From: Octopus sinensis
Lineage: Eukaryota
DNA length: 64,000 nt
Reading direction: 5' to 3'
Assembly (NCBI RefSeq): GCF_006345805.1
Contig: NC_043003.1
Location: forward strand, 107,384,001 to 107,448,000
The notes under the pieces are model-generated. The model made no database searches and was not told the origin of the DNA. It was given only the letters and a program-made list of their open reading frames with translations. Of this stretch, positions 1-12,480 are shown one piece after another (positions within the stretch are counted from its first letter, which is position 1; each line of letters begins with the position of its first letter). A program made the position numbers and the translations under genes.

Positions 1-788
1 GATTCTATACCAGGTTTAAATAAATCAACTTTCGTCAGAGTTTATATCCTTCCTAATTAGAACTACTGGGTCACAATTTTAACAATATAATGTCCTGGTT
101 TTAATTTCTTTTATCAATTTTCTTTTTCACAAAAGAATTGTGACTCATTTTTACAGTGAATGTCTATTAATTTCTGAAAACTGGATTCTCTCACAGTTTG
201 TCATTGATAAAATATTTTAGCCTTAGTTAAACGAAAAACAAAAACGGATTTTCTTGTGAAAAATTCAACTTATAAAAATAAAATTTAAAAAAACTATATA
301 AAAGCTTACACTTTTAACTTGTTGAATAATCTATAATAAAGTCTAAGATAATGAAAGAAAACCAATTAATGATTAATTAATAACTGTAGCGCACTGCTCT
401 AGCGATTTTGGACGATTCCATTTATGACATTAACGCTTCTTTTAGTTGTGTATATGTATGTGTGTGTGAAGGGTTTTTCAGTGTCTATGATGTGTCGTCT
501 CTTCGCTGCTCATTTATTATTAACAGAACCCCCACCCGTTTCTGTTCTTCAGAGAGTCTGACTGACTTGTTGGTTGCCGCTGCTGCTACATTTTTCGCTT
601 ACTCCTTCGTTTTACCTTGTTTTGTAGAGGTTTGTTTTGTTCATATTTTTCCACCTCATTTCGCGGTGTTTAAAAATATTCATTTCTACGCAAACATTCC
701 CGCTAACCGCTTAATTTAATTTACGAAAAAAGACCCAAGGAACGAATTCCTCAGACACCTTCATAAACACAACAGAAATAGTAGCATA

Positions 789-1304
789 ATGGCTGAGCAA
801 TATGATTTAGTAATTGAATTTCTTTCCGACAACTGGCCACACATCACCATGGTGTTGGCTCTGATGCTGGTCGTTTATTTATTCGTCTTCAAGCGAATCC
901 ACTGCTATTTGCCTTATATAACACGCAAGACTATCCACGGATCATTAAATTCCGAAATGACGTTTCAGATGTCGAGGCTTTTCCATCCTTTGAAAGTGGA
1001 ACAATTAAAATTAGATCGACCCCTGGAAATCTTGGACCTTAGTGGTGCCAGCAGCCGGATCGATTATTTCCCCACGGACTCTCACGTAACCAGCATGGAT
1101 TCGAACCCTTTCATCAGGGCATATATGGAAGCAAAAGGAGTGGAATGCAAGCAGGCAATTTTCAAGGAATTTATAGAATCCTCAATCGATGATTTAGAAG
1201 ATTTGGAATCCGAAAGTTTCGATTCTGTCGTATCATTTCAGACTCTCTGTTCTGTTGGGGAACCAGAAATTGTTTTGCAAGAAATCCTACGAATTCTTCG
1301 ACCT
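789..1304 (+). CDS. METTL7A: METTL7A/TMT1A-like methyltransferase, coding exon 1 (172 codons)
   Basis: ATG at 789, hydrophobic N-terminal anchor, then ...SFDSVVSFQTLCSVGEPEIVLQEILRILRP, which resembles METTL7 SVDVVVCTLVLCSV...EVCRVLRP. Strong donor CCT|GTAAGT at 1304/1305, the same junction (LRP|GG) as in vertebrate METTL7. Confidence 0.9.
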
Positions 1305-2926
1305 GTAAGTATTTTAAACTTCTGTGTCCTTATTTCCAATCTTTACTGTCACATATTTTAATTATTTCTAAAAATCGCTTACAAATTTATAATTTCAGGG
1401 ATTTAAATTTAGTAAATATTTAAAAATATTTACTAAATTTTAGATTATAAGCAGTTATATACATTTATTTTTTCGCTCGTTCTATATTTGGTAGTAAACG
1501 ACAGTGTCTTTATGCAGCGGTTTCGGCATGCTAGAAATAGCAGTCAGATTTTCGCATCACATCTTATAGTTTAAAAAAAAAGATGCCCCCCCAAAAACAA
1601 AAACGGGTGATGCCTTGCCTAATTTAGTCCTAGATACTGTAACCGAAAAAGAAAAAATGGTTGGTCATATGTGGAATTCCTTTGGTTCTACACCTGCTCG
1701 ATCGACTTGGGATTACCAGAAAAGTGTAACGGTGTGTTAAATATAAACTGGTTAAGTTATAAATTCTTAATTTTTGTATCGATTCTGAAAGACTCATCGT
1801 ATTTAAAATAATATTGGCGCGCCATACTATTTTAAAAGATAAATCTCCAAATCGAAAGTAACCAGAAAGTAGATGCACCCCCTCTCATTTCAATACCCCT
1901 TTTTGTTAGAATTTCGTATTTAAAGAGCTAGCTTATACACCAATATATTCATTACATTTTCCCCTACAAACCTCTTCACCGAGAAATATTCTTTAAACTA
2001 ATTATTTAAAAGAAAAAAAGCATTTAGAAAAAAATTTTTCCCGCTTCACTTTTAACCAATGAAGAATTCGTTGAGTGATAGAATAGTAGTAATTGTTTTA
2101 ACACCAGGTCAACCTAAATCAGGGCAGAAGGAATTCCACACGTGTCCATCCATCTTTTTATTTAGTCACTGTATCTCGCATTACTAAATCCAGTGCGGCC
2201 TTCTTTTGAAACGGTAACGAAGGAATCTTAACGATATTCCTTTACTATTTCTAGCAGGTCAAGTGACCACATAGAGGCTTCCTCTTGAGGAGCGCGAGAT
2301 TGTAATTATGGTATCAGAGGAACAACTAGGAAAAGTTGCCGTTCAGTGCTGCTAAATATTACTCCAATGAGGAATTAGTTCTCTAAATACAAATTCTAAA
2401 GAGGCGCCGTAGCAGCAGCAGCAACCATGAAAGTTAGCAACTCTCGTCGAGTGTTCACAGATGTCAGTTCTTCCTTTTTTCTATTTTTTTTATTATTCAG
2501 CAGCATCTTCATCCTCAGCTTCGTTTGTGTTCAGGGATATTAATATAATTGATTACCTCTCTGCCTTACAATAAAAGAAAATGTCTCTATTCAAAACTGT
2601 TCTTACATAAATTTCTCTTTTACACACATTGCGCCCTCGTGTGTACACACACACACATACACACACTTCCTTATACGACTAGATATGTTTTTCTCCTCAT
2701 CTAACTTATCGAAATTGCTTAATATATATATATAAACGCTTCATCCAAGTGTAAATTTCGTATTTGATTTTCTGAAGAATTTCTAATAGGAGATATCCTA
2801 CATATTTTCTACTCAATATACAATTTTGTAACTCCTGTTATCAAATGAAACACGTGTAACGGGGAATAAATAAGACAAAAAATGTACCAGTTTTGTGTTA
2901 TAAGACACACACACACTATATATATA

Positions 2927-3260
2927 TAGGAGTAGCTGTGTGGTAAGTAGCTTGTTTACCAACCACATGGTTCCGGGTTCAGTCCGACTGCGTGGCACCT
3001 TGGGCAAGTGTCTTCTACTATAGCCTCGGGCCGACCAAAGCCTTGTGAGTGGATTTGGTAGACGGAAACTGAAAGAGCCCGTCGTATATATATATATATG
3101 CGTCTGTGTTTGTCCACCTAGCATTGCTTGACAACCGATGCTGGTGTGTTTATGTCCCCGTTACTTAGTGGTTCGGCAAAAGAGACCGATAGCATAAGTC
3201 CCGGGTTCGAGTTGCTCGACTAAAGGCGGCCGCAGTCAAATGACTGAAACAAGTAAAGAG
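2927..3260 (+). mobile_element. tRNA-headed SINE, family A
   Basis: Head GGAGTAGCTGTGTGGTAAG...GGTTCAGTCC (A/B-box-like), CCTTGGGCAAG core, tail CCGCAGTCAAATGACTGAAACAAGTAAAGAG. Many near-identical copies in the window. Confidence 0.8.
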
Positions 3261-3261
3261 T

Positions 3262-3522
3262 ATCATCATCATCATCGTTTAACGTATGCTTTCCATGCTA
3301 GCATGGGTTGGACGGTTCAACTGGGGATCTGGGAAGCCCGAAGGCTGCATCAGGCCAGTCAGATCTGGCAGTGTTTCTACAGCTGGATGCCCTTCCTAAC
3401 ACCAACCACTCCGTGAGTGTAGTGGGTGCTTTTTATGTGCCACTGACACAGGTGCCAGACGAGGCTGGCGAACGGCCACGGTCGGATGGCGTTTTTTATG
3501 TGCCACCGACACAGGTGCCAGA
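3262..3522 (-). mobile_element. RTE-type LINE 3' tail repeat
   Basis: Reverse strand reads ...GTTAGGAAGGGCATCCAGCTGTAGAAAC...CCAACCCATGCTAGCATGGAAAGC...(GAT)n. Same tail recurs near 7365-7520 and 12620-13095. Confidence 0.65.
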
Positions 3523-3814
3523 CGATATATATGTATGTATATATATATATATATATATATATCTATATATCTCGTTAGTGGATCATATATCCAAAAAGGA
3601 AGCATACTCTGAAAGTAGAGACGGTTAATTATATGACCGGCCACAGAGTGACCAATGGTTTGTTTTGCATCCATAAAGCCTCATAGACAACTCCTCACAC
3701 CCCAATCACTGTGGACTTATATTGGACAAGGTGACGAACTGGCACCACCATTATCAGTTATGTTCCAAATTAAAAGAGTTGGTAAAATAAGATACTAGTC
3801 AGGTACTTGGGTCG

Positions 3815-4111
3815 GTGGAGGCACATGGCCTAGTGGCTAGAGCAGCGGACTCGCGGTCGAGGGATCGCGGGTTCGAATCTCAGACCGGCTGATGTGTGTG
3901 TTTATGAGCGAGAACACCTAAGCTCCACGTGGCTCTGGCAGAAGGTAATGGCGAACTACTGCTGACTCTTTCGCCACAACTTTCTCTCACTCTTTCCTCC
4001 TGCATCTTGCAGCTCACCTGTGACGGACCGGCGTCCCGTCCAGGTGGGGAACCTTTACGCCAAGGAAACCGGCCCTTATGAGCCAGGCATGGCTCGAGAA
4101 GGAACAAACAA
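3815..4111 (+). mobile_element. tRNA-headed SINE, family B variant, with TSD
   Basis: Head GGAGGCACATGGCCTAGTGGCTAGAGCAGCGGACTCGCGG...GGTTCGAATC. 10-bp TSD ACTTGGGTCG at 3805-3814 and 4112-4121. Confidence 0.8.
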
Positions 4112-4779
4112 ACTTGGGTCGATTGATTGACTTGCTTCTCTACCTCAAAAATTACTGGCCTTGATGTCTAAAACGGACAGGCATCCCGTTCATGAGAATG
4201 TTCTCTCTTATATGTCATGGAAATCGGATAACTGGCCTTTTAGGCAATCTTTAAATTGTACTAAAAGCGAAAGATTACTGCTTTTTAAATACTTGGGCCA
4301 AGACCCCCCCCCCCCGCAAAAAACCTCACTCCAGTCTATGCAACAAGTAAAAACTTTCCTTTTTCACAAACCCTTAAATTTTCCATGTAACAGTCCAGTG
4401 TTATCATGAGAGATGTTTTAACATCCATATTTCATTCAAAATAAAATTCACTGTGTGTGTGTTTCCTCTATGCACAACCAAATCATTGGATTAATCTAGC
4501 ATGAAGGTTTTTCATTACTCAGGGAAGGTTCTAGGCAGGGTCAAATTTTGGCCCTTGCCCATATAGGGGGCTGTAGCCCACCTCCCATAAGACCCTTCTG
4601 ATTTTTTTTTTCAGTGGTATAATATTGTTTCACTTTTATTCTGTCCCTTTTGATAAGACTATAATATTGTTTATACTACATACAAACAACTGCTTACAAA
4701 AAGAGAGAATAATGTATAATTTTTTGTTTGTAATATTGAAAGATGCCACCAAAGTAAAGATGTAATCTCTTCAGAAACA

Positions 4780-5262
4780 ACTATAAAGCAAGGAGGATTG
4801 TAGAAAACCCAAGGCAAGCGTTCTAAGAGAGAAAGGAGATGAGACTTTCTCAAGATCAGAAAACACGCTGCAGCGCATTAGATGAAGTCTCAATACAGAA
4901 ATGAGATGAGACTTTCCCAGGATTAGGAAATGTATGCTGCAGCACATCAAATGGAATCTCAAGACAGAAGCAAGATGGCACTGGCATGCGCTATTCAGTC
5001 GGTAAGGTAAGATTGCCAGCACTACCAGCTTCTCCTCAACCTCTCACAGATCTTCTGGAAGGCATTTCCATCCAGTCAAAGAATTTTCTGGACAATATCA
5101 GACAATACAACTCTGCATTTCAAATGACATCATTTGGTGCATCTAAGGAGATGGTTGAACATGGATTTACGCTGACGTTCAAAGTTCAAGGGCAAATCTA
5201 TCACCTCATTGCTTGCCTATTACCCACAGATGAACAACTACACTTCCTCCAAATTCGTGAGT
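4780..5262 (+). mobile_element. Helitron Rep/helicase N-terminal fragment (intronic)
   Basis: GKVRLPALP...SKNFLDNIRQYNSAFQMTSFGA...FKVQGQIYH is the typical Helitron N-terminal region. A Helitron-like 3' hairpin relic CCTGAGCAACCCTGGG lies near 5568-5584. Confidence 0.8.
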
Positions 5263-6452
5263 GATGTAGGACAACAAACCGGAATGAGGTGTCCAAACTT
5301 CAGACAATGGGTTATGTTAGACACACACCAACTGCCACAAAGGAGAGTATATCAACTGACAGCTTTTTGGTGCGTTCAAGAATCAAATACCTCCAATTTC
5401 CATGACGAGTTAGGACCTGGAATACTCCAAACATGGGCATGACATGTCCCTTAGTCGAATTAGCCCATCATTTACTCCACAAATGTTTTGTTGTCAATGC
5501 TGCACTTTCCCATATCATCTGTTTCAACATAACTGTAATATATTTTATACAAACTATGCCATTTTAATCCTGAGCAACCCTGGGTCTCTCTCTTTCTGAT
5601 AATTTTCTGAAAGCCTCTCTAAAGCACATCTTGCTTCATGAAGGCCTTTCGCTAAGATCTTGTTTGTTAAAATTGGTTGTATAGTAAGGTGGAATTCCTC
5701 CTGTGCTAGGAGTCCTGTAAACACCTTAAGGTCTTTGTAGGTGATGGTCTTGTTATCAGTATAAGATAAATTCTAAAAGTTACCAGCATTAACTTCAAAT
5801 CTTGATCCTTGATTCAAAACATTTTGCAAACTGTAACTATTTCTCTTGTGGTCTTTATTATCATCATTTTAACATCCTCTTTTCTATGCTTGCATGGGTT
5901 GGACAGAATCTGCTGAAGTGGATTTTCTGCAGCCGGATGCCCTTCTTAATGCCAACCTTCATCTGTTTCCAAGTAAGGTAATATTTCCTCGTGACCAGAC
6001 ATGTTTTCACGGAAGATTGGAAATGAATAACACCACTTGTATTACTGAGACATTTGTTTACAACTATCACATGATGTCAAGGCAAGCAGTCAGTAACTCA
6101 CACAACTGGCTTCTTTGAAAAGATCTTAGCTAAAAGCCTTCGTGAAATGACCTGGGCATTAGTGTACCCAAGGTGCCACCCAAGCAGGACTAAACTTGGA
6201 ACCATTTTATTGAGGAGCAAACTTGTGGGCGCAATTTTTTTTTTTTGTATCTTAAACATCTTTAGGTTTCTTATTTCTTTACTACCCACAAGGGGCTAAA
6301 CACAGAGAGGACAAACAAACGGATTAAGTCGATTACATCGACCCCAGTGCGTAACTGGTACTTATTTAATCGACCCCGAAAGGATGGAAGACAAAGTTGA
6401 ACTCAGAACGTGACGGCAGGCGAAATACCGCTAAGCATTTCGTGTATGTATA

Positions 6453-6666
6453 GAGGGTGGCCCAAAGTAGGTTCAGTTATCACATAAGCACTTTAAATTT
6501 CTTTTAAAACATTTTATTACATATAAATTTCTATCTTACTACAATTAACTAAATTAGCATAGAATAATGGTTTCATATATTTTTATAATTAAGATCTAAA
6601 CTGTTAACATATGAATGCGAAAGAGATAATTAAATAACTGTAAACCTACTTTTGGGGCCACCCCTG
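6453..6666. mobile_element. Tc1/mariner-type MITE
   Basis: TIRs GAGGGTGGCCCAAAGTAGG / CCTACTTTTGGGGCCACCCCTG, flanked by TA on both sides. Confidence 0.65.
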
Positions 6667-7928
6667 TATATATATACGAAATTTTAAATTTAGTTCATGG
6701 ACCACCAGGGCACCGTGAACCCCAGGTTGGCAACCACTGATCTAGACTAACCTCTACGTAATACTTTCTTCCAAGAATCTCAAACTACAGGAATTTTCTG
6801 CAGTCTAATGACAGAAACAAGTGAAAGATAAGACACACCACATTGATATTTAAGTCGTTACCTTTACATTCTGAGTTCAAATTCCATTGAGGTCAACTTT
6901 GCCTTTCATCCTACCAGGGTCGATAAAATGAGAACCACTAGCAGACTATTAGAAGTAGAGGCTGTCATAGAATGGTAGAAGTGGCAGTGAGAAGACAGCG
7001 TTGTCCTCTTATGAGAAAATCTGAGCAATGATAATAGATTTGAGCCCTCGTCCTGTGGAAGGGATACTAGTCCCAAAATAATCCGAGATAAAATATTTTG
7101 ATCTCGCATAATTTTGTAATACCTCTGTAGGGGCTGGCAAGGCAGGGTGGTTAAGAAGCTTGCTTCCCAACCATGTGGTCTTGGGTTCAGTCCTACTGTG
7201 TGGCACCTTAGATATGTGTCTCCTGCTATAGCCCCACATGACAAAAGCATTGTGACTGGATTTGGTTGATGAAAATTGAAAGAAGACTGTTGTGTGTATA
7301 TGTGTGTGCTTGTGAGTATACTGTTGCCTGATGTTGTGTGATGGTTGTAAATGAGCAACATCATTCATCATCATCATCATATGTCCGTTTTCCTTGCTAG
7401 CATGGGTTGGACGGTTCGATCGGGGTCTGGGAAGCCAGGAGACTGCACCAGGCTCCAGTCTGATCTGGTAGTTTTTCTACAGCTGGATGCCCTTCCTAAC
7501 GCCAACCACTCTGAGAGGGTCGACCACTCCATGAGTTATGGTTTTAAATTTTGGCACAAGGCTAGCAATTTTGTGGGAGCGGGGAAGCCAAGTACATCGA
7601 CCCCAGTGCTCAACTGCTACTTATCTTATGAACCCCTGTGGAATTTGAACTCAACATAGATGAAATGCTACTGAGAATTTTGTCCAGCTAACGATTCTGC
7701 CAGTTTGCCACCTTAATGAATACCATCATTACCATATAAGCAAGGTTGTTTCCAGTCTTCTTCAAAATCATGCCTGGCTATGGGGATTTTATTACTTTGC
7801 TTGGAATCAGTAGGGGTTGATGACAAGAAGGGCATTCAGCCATAGAAAATCTGCCTCAATGAATTCTGTTTGAGTCATGCAAGCGAAGAAGAATGAAGGT
7901 AAAAAGATGATATATATATATACATTAA

Positions 7929-8148
7929 CCCTTTCGTTACCAACCTGGCTGAAACCACCTCTGGCTCTGAGTACAAATGTCTTGTTTTCATAAGTTTTGA
8001 ATTAAAATCTTCCACCAAACCTTAATCACAATTTATGTTCCTAACACTAGCTGAATGATAACTAAGTTATTTTACTAAATTCTTTGTTATATTTAAAGTA
8101 ATTGAAAGCAACACAGAGCATCTCAAAATAAATACAGTAACGAAAGGG
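7929..8148. mobile_element. piggyBac-like MITE
   Basis: TIRs CCCTTTCGTTAC / GTAACGAAAGGG; TTAA on the left flank only. A similar element lies at 18142-18346 with TTAA on the right. Confidence 0.6.
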
Positions 8149-8703
8149 AGGAAATAGTGACAAGATTGTTAGAAACCCCTGTATTAGAATCAAATAATTT
8201 CACAGGTCTCAGATAACTTTACCAAAGGCAAGTATGCTCTCCCAGCTGTATTCCCCCAACCTTATATCCAAATATTGAGAGCTTGCGTATTCACTCTAGC
8301 CTTACTTGCCACTCACACTTGCTCTTTTAGCCAGTTTACTGATGGGGGCACCATCTCTCTCTCTCTCTCCACTCTCACCCTTCTTTCCTAAGGAAATTTG
8401 AATGTGATGGGGGTTTGGCTGTAGAGAAAAGTGTGTCTTCAGTTCATTCAGTCTTACCCACCCCAGACAAACTCTTTTGCTCTTGTCAACTAATGGAAAG
8501 AAAATGCCTGCCCATCCTGTCTTAGGAGCAGGACAATCATGTAATATTTATTATTGGTGCAAGAGTTTTTTTCTCCATAATCTGTGTTAACAAACCTATT
8601 CAGTTGAGGGGTGGAATCAACCCCAATATATACTTTAAACTTAATTAATAACCCCCCCACCATATATGTGTGTTTGTGTGTGTGTGTGTCTATTAAGGGA
8701 AAC

Positions 8704-8938
8704 ATTTCTTTATTACCCACAAGGGGCCAAACATAGAGGGGACAAACAAGGACAGACATAGGTATTAAGTCGATTATATCGCCCCCAGTGCGGAACTGGT
8801 ACTTAATTTATCGACCCCGAAAGGATGAAAGGCAAAGTCAACCTTGGCGGAATTTGAACTCACAACGTAACGACAGACGAAATACCGCTAAGCATTTCAT
8901 CCGGCGTGCTAACGTTTCTGCCAGCTCGCCGCCTTGTA
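8704..8938 (-). mobile_element. SINE family C (Nin-like core), inserted into the left edge of the 8939-9262 element
   Basis: Reverse strand has AAGGCGGCGAGCTGGCAGAAACG...CCTTTCATCCTTTCGGGGTCGATAAA. 13-bp TSD TATTAAGGGAAAC at 8691-8703 and 8939-8951. Confidence 0.8.
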
Positions 8939-9262
8939 TATTAAGGGAAACCACTAGGTGGATAACCATATGCTAGAAGATCACATATGGACAACTAGTG
9001 TTTAGTTTTGCAAATTATATTGAAATTGGAACAATCGTACTGACGAGTTCTGCAGACGAAGGATTACGTAGGTAATTTATTTGGTAACAGACAAAACCGG
9101 TCTACGATTAATTTTTGATTTTTATTTAACTTTCATGTGTCTTGCCCGCTTATGTTCTGGTGTTTGCTGAATTTTCTCTGGAGAACGTTATTTTCTTTGT
9201 AGTTAGATCGTATGTGATCTTCTTCTAGCGTATGGTTATCCACCTAGTGGTTTCCCTTAATA
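8939..9262 (+). mobile_element. Non-coding element with ~50-bp inverted termini and an internal hammerhead motif
   Basis: Arms 8939-8989 and 9209-9262 are reverse complements (TATTAAGGGAAACCACTAGGTGGATAACCATA...). Confidence 0.7.
9033..9109 (+). ncRNA. Type I hammerhead motif (C3-G8) with G12-to-A change; sense strand of the METTL7-like intron
   Basis: AATCGTA-CTGACGA-GT(T)CTG...CAGAC-AAAA-CCGG-TC^TACGATT: 7-bp stem I, canonical CUGACGA, palindromic ACCGGU stem III, GUC triplet. GAAA reads AAAA. Confidence 0.65.
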
Positions 9263-9388
9263 TACACATGTATTAAAATTTTTTCTGATTTTTTTATATG
9301 CTAGGCTACTGGTTTTAAATTGATATAAATTAAATTAATATTCAATTTATCTCCCTCATTTTATATATTATATATATATATATATATA

Positions 9389-9676
9389 TCACGTGACCGA
9401 CCAGACCATCAGATGTTGTTACACATCGCTGGTCACAATGCGTCCGCATTGTTTTTTAGCCTTTGAATGACGCCACCCCGCTGGCTAAGCGAGCAGGCCA
9501 AAAGAAGAAAGGGTGGTGAAAGAGTACAGCAGGGATCACCCTCCCCCCCCCTGCAGGAGCCTTGTGAAGCTTTAGGTGTTTTCGCTCAATAAACACTCAC
9601 AATGCCCGGTCTGGGAATCGAAACCGCGATCCTACAACCGCGAGTCCGCTGCCCTAACCACTGGGCCATTGCACCT

Positions 9677-9680
<4 letters not shown>
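9389..9680 (-). mobile_element. tRNA-headed SINE, family B
   Basis: Reverse strand head GGAGGTGCAATGGCCCAGTGGTTAGGGCAGCGGACTCGCGG...GGTTTCGATTCCC. Confidence 0.8.
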
Positions 9681-9722
<42 letters not shown>

Positions 9723-10315
9723 TATATATATGTATATATATATATATATATATATGGGAGAGGATACTATATGAAGAATAAATGCCAGGCATTGGAACCC
9801 ATCCTGTGGGCGATTGTTCTGAGTCAGTGCAATTCTGATTTGTGGACATGTGTTGAATCGATGCTGCTGCATGTAGGATGGACAAATCTCGTTATCATCT
9901 GAGCCGCATTCTTTTGGCAGGGTCAGACAGCTAATCTTTTGTGTGGTGGTCATAGCAAAAGAACTGGTCCGCTTGATTTATTTGAATGCTTTCAAGGTAA
10001 GTATTTTCCTCTTTGGCCAAACCCTCATCAACTTTGTCTTATACCACTTGAAGAGGAAGGTGAGAATAGAGCTGTTGCCTTGTGATGTGTTTAATGAAAG
10101 AAGGGTGAGAGTTGCAAGACCCTTTGTGGTAGGGCTTCCCTTGAATTTTCCAAATTGGGGAACTATTTCTGTTAAAATTCTTTTCTTTTTTTGTTGGTTT
10201 CTTTTCACTCAATATAAACCTCATTTTTATGCTCTTGTGTTGTCTGTAATACCTTAGCCCTTGTGGCTAATTAAAGAAATTATTATTATTATTATCCTCA
10301 TCAATTCTTTTCCAG

Positions 10316-10552
10316 GGCGGTACATTTTATTTCTTTGAACATACCAAATCCAAACTGCTGACTTTTCTCCGGCTGCGTCAATATTTCTGCTGCATTCTGT
10401 GGTATCTCCTCTTTGGCCGATGTCGTCTTCTCCGTGACACTTCCCAACAGGTCGAACAGGCTGGATTTTCTACTTATTCCTACGAGAAGTTAAATCATTC
10501 AACCTTTTACACTGTCCAATCTCCGACCATATTTGGTGTTGCCACAAAATAA
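10316..10552 (+). CDS. METTL7A: METTL7A/TMT1A-like methyltransferase, coding exon 2 (78 aa + stop)
   Basis: Acceptor TTCTTTTCCAG|GGC in phase 0. Translates GGTFYFFEHTKSKLLTFLRLRQYFCCILWYLLFGRCRLLRDTSQQVEQAGFS...SPTIFGVATK*, matching the METTL7 C-terminus (GGAFYFMEHV...GC.L.R...A.F...P.I.G.A.K). Not in the supplied ORF track because it has no start codon. Confidence 0.9.
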   Translation, partial: GGTFYFFEHTKSKLLTFLRLRQYFCCILWYLLFGRCRLLRDTSQQVEQAGFSTYSYEKLNHSTFYTVQSPTIFGVATK

Positions 10553-10622
10553 CTTCACCCAAAACTTATTTTTTATTTCTGTTTTCTCAATTTTTCTTTT
10601 TTTTTTTTGAAAAAAGATATGT

Positions 10623-10656
<34 letters not shown>

Positions 10657-10778
10657 ATGCATGTATCCTTTGTGTGTATGTGTGTCTGAATGGGTGTGAC
10701 CCTTGTCCGTCCAAATTTCTATATTTTGGTATATAAAAAAAAAATCATGTCATAATACTATTTCTTTCATGTTTTCCA

Positions 10779-10784
10779 AATAAA
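10779..10784 (+). promoter_or_regulatory. Candidate polyadenylation signal of the METTL7-like gene
   Basis: AATAAA about 230 nt after the stop codon; positional evidence only. Confidence 0.35.
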
Positions 10785-12078
10785 TGTAAACCTATCTGTT
10801 TGTTAGAAACTTGCATTTTAGGACCCAAGAACACACACACACATCTCTACATATGCAAACGTGTGTTTATATTCAATGATATGATGTCTAACTACAAGAT
10901 GTCTAACTGGAACATTTATCTGAAGAATATTTACCAGTTAGGGACTCTTGAAGTATCAATAAATTCATGGCACTGCGTTCTTTACCCTAACCCATTAATC
11001 CACCTTTTTACATCACTATTGTATATCCTCACCATTCTTTCAACAAGCTAATATATACCATTACCATCACTGTATTGCAATGTCTGTGAACAGTTGTGTA
11101 TGTGTATATTCTTGTGTGTGTGTGTTTGCGTGTAGTGATGGATGCAGGAATGGTGGAATGATTAAGCGGTTCTCTTTGTAATTGGGATTTCTCAGGTTTG
11201 ATCCTATGGCATGGCACCTTAGACAAGTGTCTTCTACCATAACCTTCATTTTGACCCAAACCTTATTTCTATGAGGAAACTGTAGAATCCCATCACCCTG
11301 CACTGCCATTCAAAGGGCCAAATGTGTTGTCATGGTGGAGATTAAATTTAGAGTGTATATGTCTGTGGAATATTCAACCATGTAAACTATAATTCTGTTA
11401 GTTGAAGTAGAATACTCATTGGCGGAATTTCATCATCATTTAATGTCCACTGTTCCATGCTTGCATGGGTCAGACACATTTTGTTGGGGCTGATTCTTTA
11501 TAGCTAGATGCTCTTCCTGTCCCCAACCCTCACCCGTTTCCAAGCGAGGGAATATTTTCCCCTGGCCAAACATGGTTTTCACAGAAGACTGTCAATAAAC
11601 AACTTCACTTGGATGATGATGAAGATGATGAGGATGATGCTCATTCACAAGCCCCTTGTTATGTCCAGACATCCATCCATATACGATGGGCTTCTTTCAC
11701 TTTCCATCTACCAAAGCCACTCACAAGGCTTTGGTTGGTCTAGTGCTATAATGGAAGACACTTGTCTAATGTGCCATGTGGTGGGATTGAACCGGAGACC
11801 ACATGGCCAGGAAGCAGACTTGTAGTACATCACATGGAGATAGATTCCAGTCGTGCTTTTGGTCCTCGCTGGGGAATAGTGGTCTGCATTGTTTTCTGTG
11901 AGGGCTTTTAACATTTTTATCATAAAAGCAATAACTAAACTTATTATTTTATTCATGGTTTATATCCCTTTGTGAATATATTAATCACTCTTTATCAGTG
12001 TATATATTACAGTATTTTTAATAACTTTTTTTTAAAAGCAATTTTATTAAAATTCCAGCAAAACCAACTCAGACATTA

Positions 12079-12480
12079 CTCTTTAACTCTCTTTACTCTT
12101 TTACTTGTTTCAGTCATTTGACTGCGGCCATGCTGGAGCGCCGCCTTTAGTCGAGCAAATCGACCCCGGCACTTATTCTTTGTAAGCCCAGTACTTATTC
12201 TATCGGTCTCTTTTTGCCGAACCGCTAAGTGACGGGGACGTAAACACACCAGCATCGGTTGTCAAGCAATGCTAGGGGGACAAACACACACGCATACATA
12301 TATATATACATATATACGACAGGCTTCTTTCAGTTTCCATCTACCAAATCCACTCACAAGGCATTGGTCGGCCCGGGGCTATAGCAGAAGACACTTGCCC
12401 AAGATGCCACGCAGTGGGACTGAACCCGGAACCATGTGGTTGGTTAGCAAGCTACTTACCACACAGCCACTCCTGCGCCT
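12079..12480 (-). mobile_element. SINE family A, full length
   Basis: Reverse complement of the family A consensus, from AGGCGCAGGAGTGGCTGTGTGG to AAGTAAAAGAG. Confidence 0.85.

Noticed and set aside
408-719. 103-aa ORF, or a divergent first exon upstream of the METTL7-like gene
   Set aside because: It starts at TTG and has no recognisable domain. Minus-strand donor-like sites exist but no downstream exon is visible.
5554-5772. 73-codon minus-strand frame after an acceptor-like TTTTAG (NLSYTDNKTITYKDLKVF...)
   Set aside because: No recognisable homology and no donor. It runs into a Helitron end, and a ~27-nt part recurs inverted near 6120, which suggests repeat origin.
9960-10210. Overlapping short ORFs and a GTAAGT donor just upstream of exon 2
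   Set aside because: No recognisable protein, and it is not needed for the gene model.
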